A DNA stretch of 64,000 nt from Lama glama (taxonomy: Eukaryota). Shown piece by piece: positions 49,516 to 62,779 of this stretch. Every line of letters starts with the position of its first letter. Within the stretch, counting starts at the first letter, position 1. The position numbers and the translations under genes were made by a program. The notes under the pieces were generated by a model. The model did no database searches. It was not told where the DNA came from and was given only the letters and a program-made list of their open reading frames with translations. The stretch is taken from positions 52,640,001-52,704,000 of the forward strand of contig CM052817.1 in the NCBI GenBank assembly GCA_028534125.1, in the 5' to 3' direction.

Positions 49516-50689
49516 ACACTTAAAGGTACATAAAGAGGCTGCCTCACCAATTCTGGTGTTCTCTATGAAAAGTCTGAAGCATTGCCCTTGTTGACACTTC
49601 CTTGTTATAAAAAACTTCTGAATCGTAAATATGACAATTTAACATTAGGTTAAGTTAAATATTAAGTGTGTCAGAACCTCAGTCTGTTGTCCACAGAAAT
49701 TTAGGAACTCTGTTTCTCCAAAACTAATATGTTAAGCCATCTGGACAGCAAAACAGCATTTTCTGCTATTCACACATCCGTGCCTCACAGGATTCTTTTT
49801 TAATGTAGTTTCCACTCCTGGTATTTCCATTTGCTCTATAAATTCTGATCTGATGAAATTTGTTTGGGCTATGGAATAAACACTAGGCTTCTTTTATTCA
49901 TGCGCTTCCTATCTCAAAAATAACTTTATTTCTATGTTCAAGAATAAAAAATGAATTTTATTAAAATATAAGTATTAATATTTTGTAACTGAACTGTAGT
50001 AACTTGATTTCAAACAAAATAAAATCTATCGACTTCATCAGATCTTAAACCCAAATTTCAAATTAAAATGTAACTAATTTTAAGGGCTCTACAAGTTCTC
50101 TGGATTATGTGGCTAATTAAGGAGTTACAGAAATCAAACAGTAAAAATGAAGCATATCTTCAGACTACAATTCAAATTTAGGTCAGATTCACTCTTAAAA
50201 ATGTATTTTAAATGGCAAGATAGATATTAAACATTCAAATAAATATTAGTGTGTTCCCTATGGGTGAATTGAAATTCAGGAGTGAAATAAAGTAGAATAT
50301 ATACGCAAATTAGAGAAACAAAGCACCAAAGTAAGAGTGTCCAAAAAGAGAGGAATCAAAAGAAAAAGAAAAAAAGAGCAAACACAGGGATGAAGCTTTG
50401 CCTATTTGTTACTATTAAATTTCAGGTTACTTCTTGATTGACAAATACCAAAAAATACACTGCCATTCTAAGGCAAAAAAAAAAAAATCATATTTTCTGT
50501 GTTTATTTTTCTTAAAAGTTTCATATGAAAATGGCTTAATTTTGGTAGATTTGGAGAGTAACTTTCATATTTGAAATAGTCTGATATGAGACAATCAAGG
50601 CAACACATATAAAATTGCCTTTGGAAAACCTAGTAGATACCACAAAAGACAGGCACTCCATCTTCCAAAAGCAGCTAAAACTAAGGTAC

Positions 50690-51105
50690 AGGAGGTTTGT
50701 GTCACCACTAGTTGTAAGATATAGTATATGCAGTTGGAAAATTTCCTAGAGAAAATGGAGTCAAGTTGTCCAATATTGATAATGTAAGTATTTAGCAATG
50801 GGAAAATGTAAGAAGCTTACATTTTGGACACATTTTAAAGGTGAGGCCAATAGACTTTGCTGATATGTTGAATGTGGGTAAAAGTGGTGTGTGTAGATAA
50901 AAGTAAATGATAACTCTCAGTATTTTTGTGTTGCTCTATAAGAAGAAAGATTTATTAAAACGATGAAGTGTGTGAGATCAGTAGAATGTAGAGGTTTGTG
51001 GAAACAGGAGTTAATTTTTAGACATATTTAGTTTGAGATGCCTAATAGATAAATATATCTGAAGATTAGATAGCTAGATAGCATGACTCAACAGTCTAGG
51101 GGATG
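50690..51105 (-). mobile_element. L2 fragment (resumes at ~51580-51750)
   Basis: ATTTTAAAGGTGAGGCCAATAGACTTTGCTGATATGTTGAATGTGG...TTTAGACATATTTAGTTTGAGATGCCTA. Confidence 0.75.
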
Positions 51106-51321
51106 GAAGCTTTATAGTTGGATGCAAAAACCCACTTGCCCATTTTTAATTTTGTTGCCTGTGCTTTTGATGTCATAGCCAAAGAATCATTGCCCAAACC
51201 AATGTCAAGAAGCTTTAATCCTAAATTTTTTTCTAGGAATTTTATGAATCCAGGTCTTATGTTTAAATTTTTAATATATTTTGAGTTGATTCTGTATATA
51301 GTGTGAAATAAGTGTCCAGTT
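51106..51321 (-). mobile_element. L1 ORF2 fragment, antisense
   Basis: TTTTGTTGCCTGTGCTTTTGATGTCATAGCCAAAGAATCATTGCCCAAACCAATGTCAAGAAGC. Confidence 0.85.
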
Positions 51322-51500
51322 GGGGCTGATGGAAGGGGGAAATAGGAAGATTTTGGCCAAGAGTTAGAAAGTTTAAGTTATGCAGGATAAGTGAGTTTTG
51401 GAGATCCAATGTATGACAATGTGATGATAGTTAACAATACTGTACTCTTTACTTGACGTTGGCTTGGAGGGTAGATCTCAGGCATTTCCATAATAAAAAA
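51322..51500 (+). mobile_element. L1MA-like 3'UTR fragment, sense
   Basis: AGTTATGCAGGATAAGTGAGTTTTGGAGATCCAATGTATGACA...ATAGTTAACAATACTGTA...GAGGGTAGATCTCA. Confidence 0.8.
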
Positions 51501-53819
51501 GAGGGAAGGGAGGAAGTTGGGGGGTGACAGAAGTAACAAAGGAAGGAAGGAAAGAAGGAAGAAAGATTTTTCTTTTGTTGAGGTTAAATGTGGCATGGAT
51601 ATTTAATGTCAGTGAGTTGAATGAAACAAATACTTTTGAAGTGATTTCAGAGAGAATGGCAAGATGCAAGTAGAGAGCACATATAACATAACTTTAAATG
51701 ACTGAATCAATATAAGGGGGATGAAGAAAGAAGGTGCCTGAGGCAAGTGTGGGGTCAAAGAAGATTTTTTTTTTTAACTTGAAAGAAATTTCATCAATTT
51801 ATGGTAATACAAATGGTCCAATAGGAAAAAGCAGTGTTGGAGAGAACATATATAAACATACAAGTAATTTATTTTGGATCTTTGTATGTTCACTTTTTAC
51901 AGATTTTATACATTTTTCTCTGAAATAATAAAGATTATTATTTTTATATCTAAATATGAAAGTTGAAATCTGTTCAGTCATAGAAACTATTTTTTGCAAT
52001 AGATTTTCATAAATGAAAACATTTAAATAGTTTCTTTAAAATAGCAGCTCTTAATAAAACTAGACAATGGAACTGGCATGAAATATGGATTTTTAAACAA
52101 GCTGCAAAATGAAGATCCATTAGAGAAATTAAGTGACCCAGTGTGATATGGTTTGTCAAGATGTATCTCACTGTAAGATGCCTTAATATACACTTTACGT
52201 AGTTTTACATAAATGTGTTTGGAATCAAACATTATTATTCAACTTTTAAATTCATATTGGAATATTTTAGCATAAAATTGTGTTGGCTAAGCTTCAAGGC
52301 ACATTCTTTCTATATTCAGGAAGATATTAGATATAAGTTATGAATGCTAAATTTATTTATTAACTTTGAAATTTATAAGCAAATAAAACTAGATACAGTT
52401 CTATATCAGACATTTTAATAATTATTTTATATTACGAAATTCCCTTTTCTTAACCTCAAAAAATAACCATTATGTATAAACTTTACCTAAAATATTTTTT
52501 TTGTTCTGTTTCATTTTTTATTCATTTTGTTTAAAAGTAATACCTTAAAAAAAATCCGAAGATTTGTTTAGAGAAGGCATCTGTTGGTGAAATTTTGCTG
52601 TAGGCTTTCCCAGTTCTCTATGAGATGTTACTCATAACTGTGTGTTCTGTGTCTGAATATATAGAAGTATCTCATTCACCCTCAGCCTTAATTAAAAGAT
52701 TGCATTATGCTCACAAACACCTTCCCTTCTTCTATATAATTTTTATTACCATTAGTTTTCTAATCTCAGCTTTTTAATATTAAGAAACACATTTTCAGAA
52801 CTAGATGCTGACATTTTTCTTTAAAGCTTCTGAATATCCATTGAAATTCCCTTTTCCCTTTCTTTATTTGTGTATACAAATATTCATTCTTTTAAGTATT
52901 TAAGATAGTTCAGATGACCATGGCTGGTGTTTTAAATTCTTCTAGACTTAGAAATCCCTTTACTTTCTGGCCAAGGCAGCATCTGTATCTTGTTACTGAG
53001 TGACACTGGCAACATTTTTCATATGTCTGTATTTCCTATTAAACTCTAAACCCAAGTTAATACCTACATATTCTCAATTCTTTCAATCCTTTGCCTTAAG
53101 TTGGAAATTGTCAATAGTCTGACACACTTGAACCACAGAATTAACGTTGCTTACTTGATCATATGGAGAGTAAGCAAGTCTGGTTTGGATCATAGACTTA
53201 TAGCCAAGCCTCAGTCTCACGTGTGACAGATATGCAGCTGTCTTGTAGAAAGTTGGACAATGATACTTATCTATTATCTTAAATGTATATTGTTTTCTTG
53301 ATTTAAAAGTACTAACTCTGCTAGGCAAGCAATTTCACAATTGAAAATGGAATTTCTTGACCCATAGCCATAAAAGCCAGCTGCAAAGTAGGCATAAAGG
53401 AGATAAGATAATGGGTTTTGTTAGCAGTTTTTATAATTGAATGGATTGAATAAACATAAACAGGTTAAGTAACACCTTACTTTTGTGAATACTACAACAG
53501 ATACATGAACATATTTAAAATTAGAGATGTTGTGCTTTATAAGTTTCATGATTGTTAAGTTAGACTTGAGAAAAGAGTAAGATTTAGTAAAGAGAATGAA
53601 GGATGCTCCAAAGCAAAGCCTTAGCTTGTTCAATACTTCAAGAGGTAGTCTGGGCAGTTCCCGACAAGTGTGACAAAGAGCTGTGAAACAGGAGGCTGAG
53701 AAGTTTGAGTTTGGCTATGTTGTGAGAGAGAAAAAAGAGAAATCGATTGCTCTCTCAAATTGGAAGGATTTAAGATTGTTAAGAAAGTTACAGGAAAGTT
53801 TATATACTGCATCAAATTT

Positions 53820-54850
53820 TAAACATTTTTATTTATCTTGAAATACAACATATATGCATGAAGATGTATGATATTAAAATGTATATAATACACCGAATAA
53901 AAGGCTTGCATGTGTCCACTGCCCAGGTTAAGAAACAGAATATTGCCAGAAGCCACAGCGTGTTCTTTGGAAATCATGATGTTCTCTCCCTCATTTAGAG
54001 AAAACCAGTGTCTTGATTTTTTGTTGTTGTCTTTCTTTTTAATTTCATCACCTAAGTGTATATTCTTAAATAGAATAGTTTATGCTGGTTTTAGAATTTT
54101 ATGTAAATGAAATTGCACCATATGTTTTGTCTCTCTTTCTCAGTAGAAAATTTTGTCTGCTAGATTTGTCCTTCCTTTCTAACCAGCTCTATTTTGCTCA
54201 CTTTCTTTGCTGTATAACATTTTATTGTTTGAATATATCATGATTTAGCCAGTCTACTGCTGATGGAGAGTTGGTTTTCAGCTATATATTATAATGTTGC
54301 TCTGAATATTCTTGTATGTGTATCCATCTACACATGTGCACAAATTATTTGGGGATATATAAGAAAGAGTGCTAGATTATAAATTTATTCCCTTTTACTA
54401 TAAATGAATGTTTTTGATAGTTTATATTTCTACCCAAAAGTGAATGAGAATTAACATTTTTATGATATATTTCATATTATCATTTCAGTTTTTTCTAATT
54501 ATTGTCTAATGATCCCTTATTGCTATTTTTTGCCTTTCCTGATTACTAATGGGATTGGCATTTTTGTACGTTTCAATGATTTATTGATCTTTTATTTTTT
54601 CTCTTTCATGAGATAAATATGGAAGTCCTTTGCCCCTTCTGTATTACACTTTATATATTTTATTAGTGATAGAAATGATTTATTTATAAATTCGAGATAT
54701 GAATCTTTTTTTAGTTTAATGTGTAATTTACTGTTTTTTTCATTTTGTGGATTGTATTTTCTTCTTTCAATGATAACTTTGTCAAACAGAAATTCTTCAT
54801 TTTAATGTAGTCAAATTGATTGATTACTTCTATAAATAATGGTTTTATTC
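53820..54850 (-). mobile_element. Ancient L1ME-like 3' region
   Basis: CCCAGGTTAAGAAACAGAATATTGCCAG...TTTCCTGATTACTAATGGGATTG...CAGAAATTCTTCATTTTAATGTAGTCAAATT. Confidence 0.75.
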
Positions 54851-56934
54851 AATCTTTTTAAAGGAAATAGCCCACAGAGTAGACATTTTAGAAAATGTAA
54901 AAATACAGAAAGTTTATGGAAGAAAATAAAATATTTCAGCATCACATAGCTAAAGAGTACACCTGAGTCAATGCTTTCTTCACTATGTATGAGGTACATG
55001 TGTGTTTTCCATATTACTTTTGGTTTAAAAATGGCAAAGTAATAATTATTAAATCGACTTAATTTTATCACATAAATGAGGCTCAGAGCCTTTTGCAAGC
55101 CCATATAGTACTAGGTATATTGTAGTATCAGGTATCAGTAGTATAACCATGATTTAAATGCAATTTTGTTAAGTACCATATTAGGTAATATAACTATGAT
55201 ACCCATCATTTAATCCCAACTTTGCTGAGCTCCAGTTAAATAGTATGCAACTAATGTAGCTATTTGTGTGACACGCCGCCTCTTTCAAACACTTTACTGG
55301 GGCCTTAAAATCACACCATGAAGGTAGACATTTTATATCTGTCTTCTTAGAACAATAATAACCATATAAGTTTTATTCACATTTTAACCCAGCAGGTACT
55401 CAAGCATTTAGAGAATAAAGAAATCAGTAACTCTGCTTTTTATAATAGACCAGCTCTGGATCAGAATAACAGGAGACACAATAACAATTCATGTTTCCTC
55501 CAATGACTTGTTGAATTACTCTTGGGTGAATTTGCTATTGAGCATTACTCATCTGTAAAACTACAGTATCTTGTGATCACTTAAAAAATACCTTGAGATA
55601 ACTCTTTTAGAAATATAGAGTGTTCTCATAAATACAGTGTCTGCTGTTTCTACTTTATTTTCATATTTTAAAATATGTTTGGATATGCATAGCTTTTGAT
55701 AGCACAGCACTAAAATAGTATTCAGGAGAATAAACTATTACTTTGACAATTTATTTTTAGTGAAAAAAATACAATTTGCACTATTTCAGGCTCTGAATAT
55801 TCAGAAATAATAATATGAGCTAGATGGTATTGTCTACTTCTGAGAAAGCTTCAAAATGAATTTTATAATTAAAGGTTTCTGAAACAAACATTTAATTCTG
55901 TTATTAAATTTGTCTTCACTTTTGTTACAGACAAACAATAAAACTCATATAGAAAGAGATACCTAAATGAATAATAATAGAAACTTTGGCTCTGTAATAG
56001 CTTCATTATTTGATGCATTTTACTCTTGGTTTTTATATATATTTTACCAGTTACAAACTATGTAGGGGAGCACTACATGCCTCTGTTCATAACACCTTTC
56101 TAGTTCTTATATCATTCATTTGCTTTTTAACATAAAAGACTTTTTTTTTTAGCCTTTTCTTCTTTGCTATCAGCCTCTTGTTTTTCTCTTGCTACTATTC
56201 ATAGCATGCTTTCTATTATCAACATGTTCACACCTGTCTAGTTTAAACTGCAATTAATTAACTGCTTCTAGCCTGCTGTTGAAAGCAACGCACAAGCCAT
56301 AATGTAAGATTTGTTTGTCAAATCTCAGTAAGTAATTTCCATATTAGGACCAAGGGGAGATAACCTCAACCTTATGAGATAAACTATATTCATTTTCGGT
56401 AAATAATAAAACAATATGTATTTATTTCTGTAGTCTAAACAAATATAGAAGAGAAGCAGTTTATATACAATTCTGAAGAAAAATGTTTGGTGGATATTGT
56501 CTAAGACACTTAAATTCTCTAAATATTAATTTTTAATATATAAAGTTAAATAGTAATGGTGTACACCTGAATGAAAATAATACCTGTGGAAAAATGGCAA
56601 AATTTTAGTCTTATGCTAATTAAAATAATATTAATGATAATAATGGGCTTCATGGATTCAAATGTTTTTATGATACTTCCCATTCATTATAAAATATTCA
56701 ATATTTATTTGGCAAAGGAGTTAGTACATATAAAAGATTAAACAATGCATAGGAATAAGCAGTTAATAAATAATAGCTGTGTTGTTTGTCCTTATTTTCT
56801 GGTATTTTTACATGTATGTTGCCTTCTCTAAAATTATTTAAACAAGTTGTCCTCATTTACCATTTTCTGATGTAATGTTTTCCTCCAGAACTTTTTGAAA
56901 ATGTGAACAGCAAGAAGTTCTAATAGATCACAGC

Positions 56935-57078
56935 AATGTATATTACTATGTGACGTGGTAAAGGTGCTGTCTTTACAATGGCAATCATATTACAATATAT
57001 AGATGTATCATAACAACATATCGTACTACTTAAATTTACATAAATGTTGTATGTCAAATGTATTTCAATTAAAAAAAT
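56935..57078 (+). mobile_element. Short L1 3' tail with A-tract
   Basis: ACTATGTGACGTGGTAAAGGTG...GCAATCATATTACAATATATAGATGTATCA...TGTATGTCAAATGTATTTCAATTAAAAAAA. Confidence 0.75.
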
Positions 57079-58479
57079 CAGAGGATAAACATTTGGACCA
57101 ATAAAATTGAAGTGGTAAAACAATATTATATATAAATAAAATATAAACATAGTTTAAATACTAATGGTATTCATCCACAAAAGTGGAAAAATTATATTTA
57201 ATTAGTTAATACTTTCTTATGAACTCAATTTACATTAGTTTAAATATTTTTCATGCACAATTTGTTATTTTAAGTGAAGGACAAACTAAATGATAAATAT
57301 TTATTTAGACTTAGTAGTATTCCTTGGAGTCCTATAAATTATTACATTTTAAGTTATCAAATCAAACAATGCAAACACATTATTGTAAAATTTTTTGAAA
57401 TAAAGAAAATATGGTATAAGTTTAACATGGCTTGTCAGAATGTTAAACACTTATCTTTCCATTAATATATCTATTGAAATATAAAGGAAGAAAGGATCAT
57501 TCATTCAAGAAATACAAACTGATTTCTTATTTTGAGCCAGGAAATCACATAAGCCCTGTTGTGATAAACAAGAAGGTAAGGCACTTGCCCTAATGGAACC
57601 TGTATTTTAGAACCATAAAAATATGTAGTATTTTGTTTAAACAATTTTCATAATGGTTATTCCTTGAGTTATTTCCTATTTTAAGAGAATAATGTTATAA
57701 ATAATGTTAATTATACTTTTATTATAAAAATAATTTTTAAAAAGTCATCATATCTATAAGAACAAGAATAATGATTAGCAATAACATTCCTTTTTTAATA
57801 AAATAACAAATTATTACAAGTCTTTCCATATAACTTTCAATGTAGAAACTAAACTCATTTTAAAATACTAATCATTTTTTCTGGAAATTATAACGGTAAT
57901 CTGAAAAAAAATCATATAACTTCATTCTAACGAGATGAGCACCTAGAATTCTAAATATGACATTAAAAAAACTATTGAATAATTAGCAATATATAATAAT
58001 TTTATTAAGCATATTTAAACCACTTGACATATAAATATTAGTATATAACCATCAAATCAAAGCAAAAAATAGAGGAAAAAAGACATACGGTTAAAATAAG
58101 CATTTAAACAATATAGTTGAAAAAATCTCACACTAAACTATGCATAATATGTGATAGCAGTTAGTATTGTGAAAGTAAAAATTAAAAGGTATAGGATAAA
58201 AAAGAAATACGGAAAAATCAGAAAGACAATTTGTATGTGTCTGTGTATTTACACACATAAAAATAAACTGCATTCAGTAGAACATATTCATGCATTTATA
58301 ATAATAAATTTAAAAATCACAAATAAATACAAATTTATGATATCACTCACAATTATTAAAAAATGAAGCAATCTTTATTTCTAGATTTTAATGCATAATT
58401 TCCAGCCGTTTTAATCATTAAAAAAACTAACAAAATGTAAAAAAACTGATTACAAACACATCAAATTAATGTTAAATAA

Positions 58480-59475
58480 TTATACTCATAAGCTTTCTGA
58501 ATATTTATGGTGTTTTGACATATAGTCTTTATTTATATAGAAATACAGATCTTTAAGTATTGGTGTATAAATGACAATCTGTTTTCAATTTCTTGTAACA
58601 ATTCATGGACAGACTACTATGTGTTTCCTTAACAGCAATGTATGAGATTTTCAACTGATTCATATCCTTACCAATATTTTATTGTTGACTGTTTTTAAAA
58701 TTTTAGCCATTCTAGCAGCTGTATAAATAATAGTGTATCATCATCTTTTTAATTTGTATTTCCTTAATGTCTACTAATGTTGAGCATTTTAAAATGTCCT
58801 TACTAACCATTTGTATGTACCTATCCCTTTGGAAAGTGTTTATTTACTTTGTTGTTGTTGGCTTTCTTTCAAGGGGAAACTTTGTCTTTTAACTAAGTAT
58901 AGGAGTCCTTTATATGGTTTTAAAAAGATCTTCTGTCAGATATGTATTTGACATAATATTCTCTCAGTGTATGGACTATTTTCTTAACAGTTAGAGAAAA
59001 GCCTTTACTTGTAGTGAATATATATATTATTTGCCTTATACATCCTATCAAAAAAAATTCCCTACCTCTAGGTTGCAAAAATATCCTTCTAGATTTCTTT
59101 TAGAAACTTATAGATTTAGCATTTCTGTAGTGACACCTTGGAAAAAATTTATGTGTGAATTATGAGATTAAATTTGAGGTTCACTATTGCCACATTTTTT
59201 TCAGTTAGTATATAATCCTTACTTAAATAGTCTTTCTTTCCACATTGAATTACTTGGGTAAGTTTTTGAAAATCATTTCATCAATTGGTTTATTCTTAGA
59301 CTCTCTATTATGTTATATTGATCTATTTTTGCATTTTGCCCCAAAACCACAAGGTATTAATGTCTGTAGTTTTATAATAAGACTTGAAGTCAGATAGTGT
59401 AAGTCTTTGAACTTTACTTAAAAAAATTTTTTTTTTTGGTTATTCCATGTCCTGTGAATTATCATACATCCTGCA
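58480..59475 (-). mobile_element. Old L1M ORF2 C-terminal region
   Basis: AACAGCAATGTATGAGATTTTCAACTG...TTTTAGCCATTCTAGCAG...CTGTAGTTTTATAATAAGACTTGAAGTCAGATAGTGTAAGTC. Confidence 0.8.
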
Positions 59476-60629
59476 GAGAGCTTTGAATGATTTTGGCTCT
59501 AAATAAGATGAGAGCTGTTATGTAGCTTAGTGTGTCATTTTGTATTATATACTGCAGTTATCTTAATTAATGCAAAAATGATTTATTTATTTGCTTCTGT
59601 CAAAGAAGAATATTAGGTTTAAAATATACTTTCAATGGTTCCTTTCTTGAGTATCTGAGTATCTTCCTGGCATTACCTGTCAACAGACTATTATCTGGCA
59701 TTTCTACTTATCCCATATTTTTTAACGCCTCAAATAATTCTACACAGTCACTTAATCTGTAGTTTGAGAGATGATTTAGGAATGGGATTTACTCTGATCT
59801 CTTCAATTCCATTTAAGTAAGAACTATTTTTTTCTTTCTCTTCAGAACATTTGAAAACATTTCCTAAATGCATTTCTTTAGGCTTATGTGTTTTATTTTA
59901 TAGAAGGTGTTCTTATTTTGATCAATAATATTTCATTCTCTAAAGCATTTTTTATATACATTTTACATTTAGAATATATAGTACTCCAGATCAAGAACTT
60001 TTCTGTTTTTTTCTTTTTTGAGGTGGTTCAACGGTTTGATTTTTTTTATTATTATTTTCTTCTTTTTTAAAAAAAATATTTTTAATTGAAGAACAGTCAG
60101 TTGAAATAGCACAGAAATATTTCCCTACTGTTGGCTTGTAGGTATCATTCCCTTCTGTTGGCTAATTTAGAGTGTTTCTGTACAAGCTGAAATTATTCCT
60201 TGTCAGTAACTAAACCATTTTCCACCTACTATGTAACAAATGAGAAAGAAAATGGGCTCACTATAGAGAAAATGGACTTATAGCTTCCTTTTTTTTTTTT
60301 TAGTGTGAATGATGACTATGTTCCTTGGATGTAGTTCAAATGAAATAATATTTGAGGACCTACACTGTTTTGTTTAATCATGACACAAATTATAATTAGT
60401 ATGATCATTATTTCAAATATCTTGTGAACTGCTATTGAAATTCCATGTGCTCTATTATTGGGAATCTGTTACTATTGATAAAAATTGATACTGAATACTA
60501 ATGAAGATTGATATTTATTCTCAATGGAAGTCATCAAGCAAAAAGAAACTTTAGCCAATCAACTTTGAAGCAGTCAAATATTATCAGGCTTGGTGTAGAA
60601 TTACTAGGGATTTAGTCACAGTAAATGTC

Positions 60630-60800
60630 AATGTTAAACCGTGAGGCATTTGAAATCCGAAAGACCTAAGTTTGAATTCTATCTCCACGTATATTTCTGA
60701 TTCCTATTAACTACATTCAGAAAAAAAGTTACCAATGTCATCTTTCTCATGGGAATGTTGTGAAAACTGTGTTTTTGATTTTAGTGTCTGGCATGAATTT
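60630..60800 (+). mobile_element. MIR fragment
   Basis: GAAAGACCTAAGTTTGAATTCTATCTCCAC. Confidence 0.5.
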
Positions 60801-60904
60801 GTTGTTCAGAAAGATTTTTTTCCCTTTCTCATCCTTTGTTTCAATGTATTTGAAACATCAGACTCTGTTGTTTTCTCTGTTGTCTATAATTATTTAATAG
60901 TAAA

Positions 60905-61392
60905 TGGATTAGTCAGGATTTTTTGTTGTAAGGAATAGTCTGGTCAAAAGAATTTAAGCAAAAAATAATCAGTACATCCAAGGATATGTAGTACCTTAAA
61001 TGACTTCATACTGTGACAGAACCAAGCATTTGATTTATTTCTTCCTGAATCATTGTTTATTCCAGTCTGGAGTTACCCACATAATAAAACCTGCAATCCC
61101 AAGCTTACACCACATGTAAAGTTAACAAAAACATTAGAGAGATATCTGGGCTTTCACTTCTCTGTGTCACAGGACAATCCCCAGCTGCTTATGTATGGCC
61201 AAAGGTCTTCAGTAATTTCTCTACAAAGATCAGATCATGTGTCTGGTCCTGTACCCAGTGTGTGAGTTCAGTCCTATCCTATTCACATACACTGAGGAGG
61301 GAAGCGGGTGGTTTTCACAAAAGAAATGTGGATGCAGTTAACAGAAGAAGGAGGAATGGATGCTTATAGCAAATATAACAAGTGTCTTTACA
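60905..61392 (-). mobile_element. Ancient MaLR LTR (MLT1K/L-like)
   Basis: ATTAGTCAGGATTTTTTGTTGTAAG at the left end and TTTTCACAAAAGAAATGTGGATGCAGTTAACAGAAGAAGGAGGAATGGATGC at the right end. Confidence 0.6.
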
Positions 61393-61936
61393 CTGAATTT
61401 GTAATTATCTTCATTAGTCAGACTGAGGTTCAGTAATATTTTTAGGATTTTCTGATAATTTAAATGCTTTTTGTCCTAACTCTGTTGATCTCAAGACATT
61501 TTAACTATAGTCCAGATATGTGGAGTTTGAATACTTTCAGATCTAAATATCTGAACATTTCATTTCTCTTCCTTTTTAATCCTTTTGTGCCTTCTTCCAG
61601 TCTAGATTCTCTATGGCTCCCTAATATTTAATTACAAGGTACTTCTCTTTAGCTTATCCTTTTCCAAATACCTTGTTTATTTTTCCCTAAAGGAATTCTC
61701 ATCAGATGTTCCTTTATTAACATTTTTCTGGAAAACTCTTTTCATCATGTTTTATTTCTGACATCTGATGTAAGCTTATAATTGCTAGAGGAGGTAGCAA
61801 AATTATTTGTAATAAAAATCTTCAAACATCAAATATATTTGATTTTGTATATTAATACATTAAGAATTAGAGACAGTTATTCACAGAATATTCTCTAAAA
61901 CTCTATTATTTATTTTTAAAAATGATAGATTCTTAG

Positions 61937-62475
61937 TGTGGCAGTCAAGGCTCAGATCAGGAAATAGAAAATTTTCTAGATGTTCAAAGAGAAGGGATTT
62001 AATACAATAAAATAAATGTCAAATAATAAAAATGTTTGGATGAGGAGAAATCAGAGTTGTGAGAAGACTTCCTGGATTTTTTACTTTAAAATAACATCAT
62101 CAGTCTTGTGATACAGAAATAAGAAACTGGCTGCTTCCACCCACTATCCCGGTGCTTATGCCACAACTCCCTTTGAAGCTGTAGCAGGACTGTGTGATAT
62201 GAGGTCAGCTTATTTCAGACACATTCATCAGCACTTTAACTTGACACCATTGCCTCCATTTCTGCATTCCAACAGTAGTACAAATACATTTCATTAGAAG
62301 AACCTAAGCAACATTTACTTCTTAGTACCAAGGGTGTCTGTAAAATGAAATCTTTAATTTTCAAGCCCATGTGATTTGGGAGAAGAGAGTTGAACTATAG
62401 AATGCCTATAGTTCTCTATAGAACTATAGAGAAGGGATGCAGACTACCAGTAGAAGAATCAAGCACAGATACAGT
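61937..62475 (-). mobile_element. Ancient LTR (ERVL/MaLR/Gypsy-like, family uncertain)
   Basis: TGTGGCAGTCAAGGCTCAGATCAGGAAATAGAAA...AGAGAAGGGATTTAATACA is a typical antisense U5 end of old LTRs. Confidence 0.5.
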
Positions 62476-62779
62476 AGAAAGTTATTGTAAAAAGGTAGCC
62501 AGAAGTATAGGTTAAGATAAATGCCAGTATTGTGCACTTATTGCATATAAACATAGTCAATGGAATGATATGACCTATTTATTGCATTCTGAAATAATAC
62601 AAAATATGTCATTGCTTCTGTGGAAAATTAGTGTTAAATTGGTGTCCAGGGATAAATAGATGTGTTTCAACAGGGATGTCAATTATCTCAGTGTGTAACA
62701 TTTTCTGTTTATATGTATAGGTACATTTTTTTCTATAGGTAATTAACTGAATAAATAACACAATAAAATGTATTAACAC

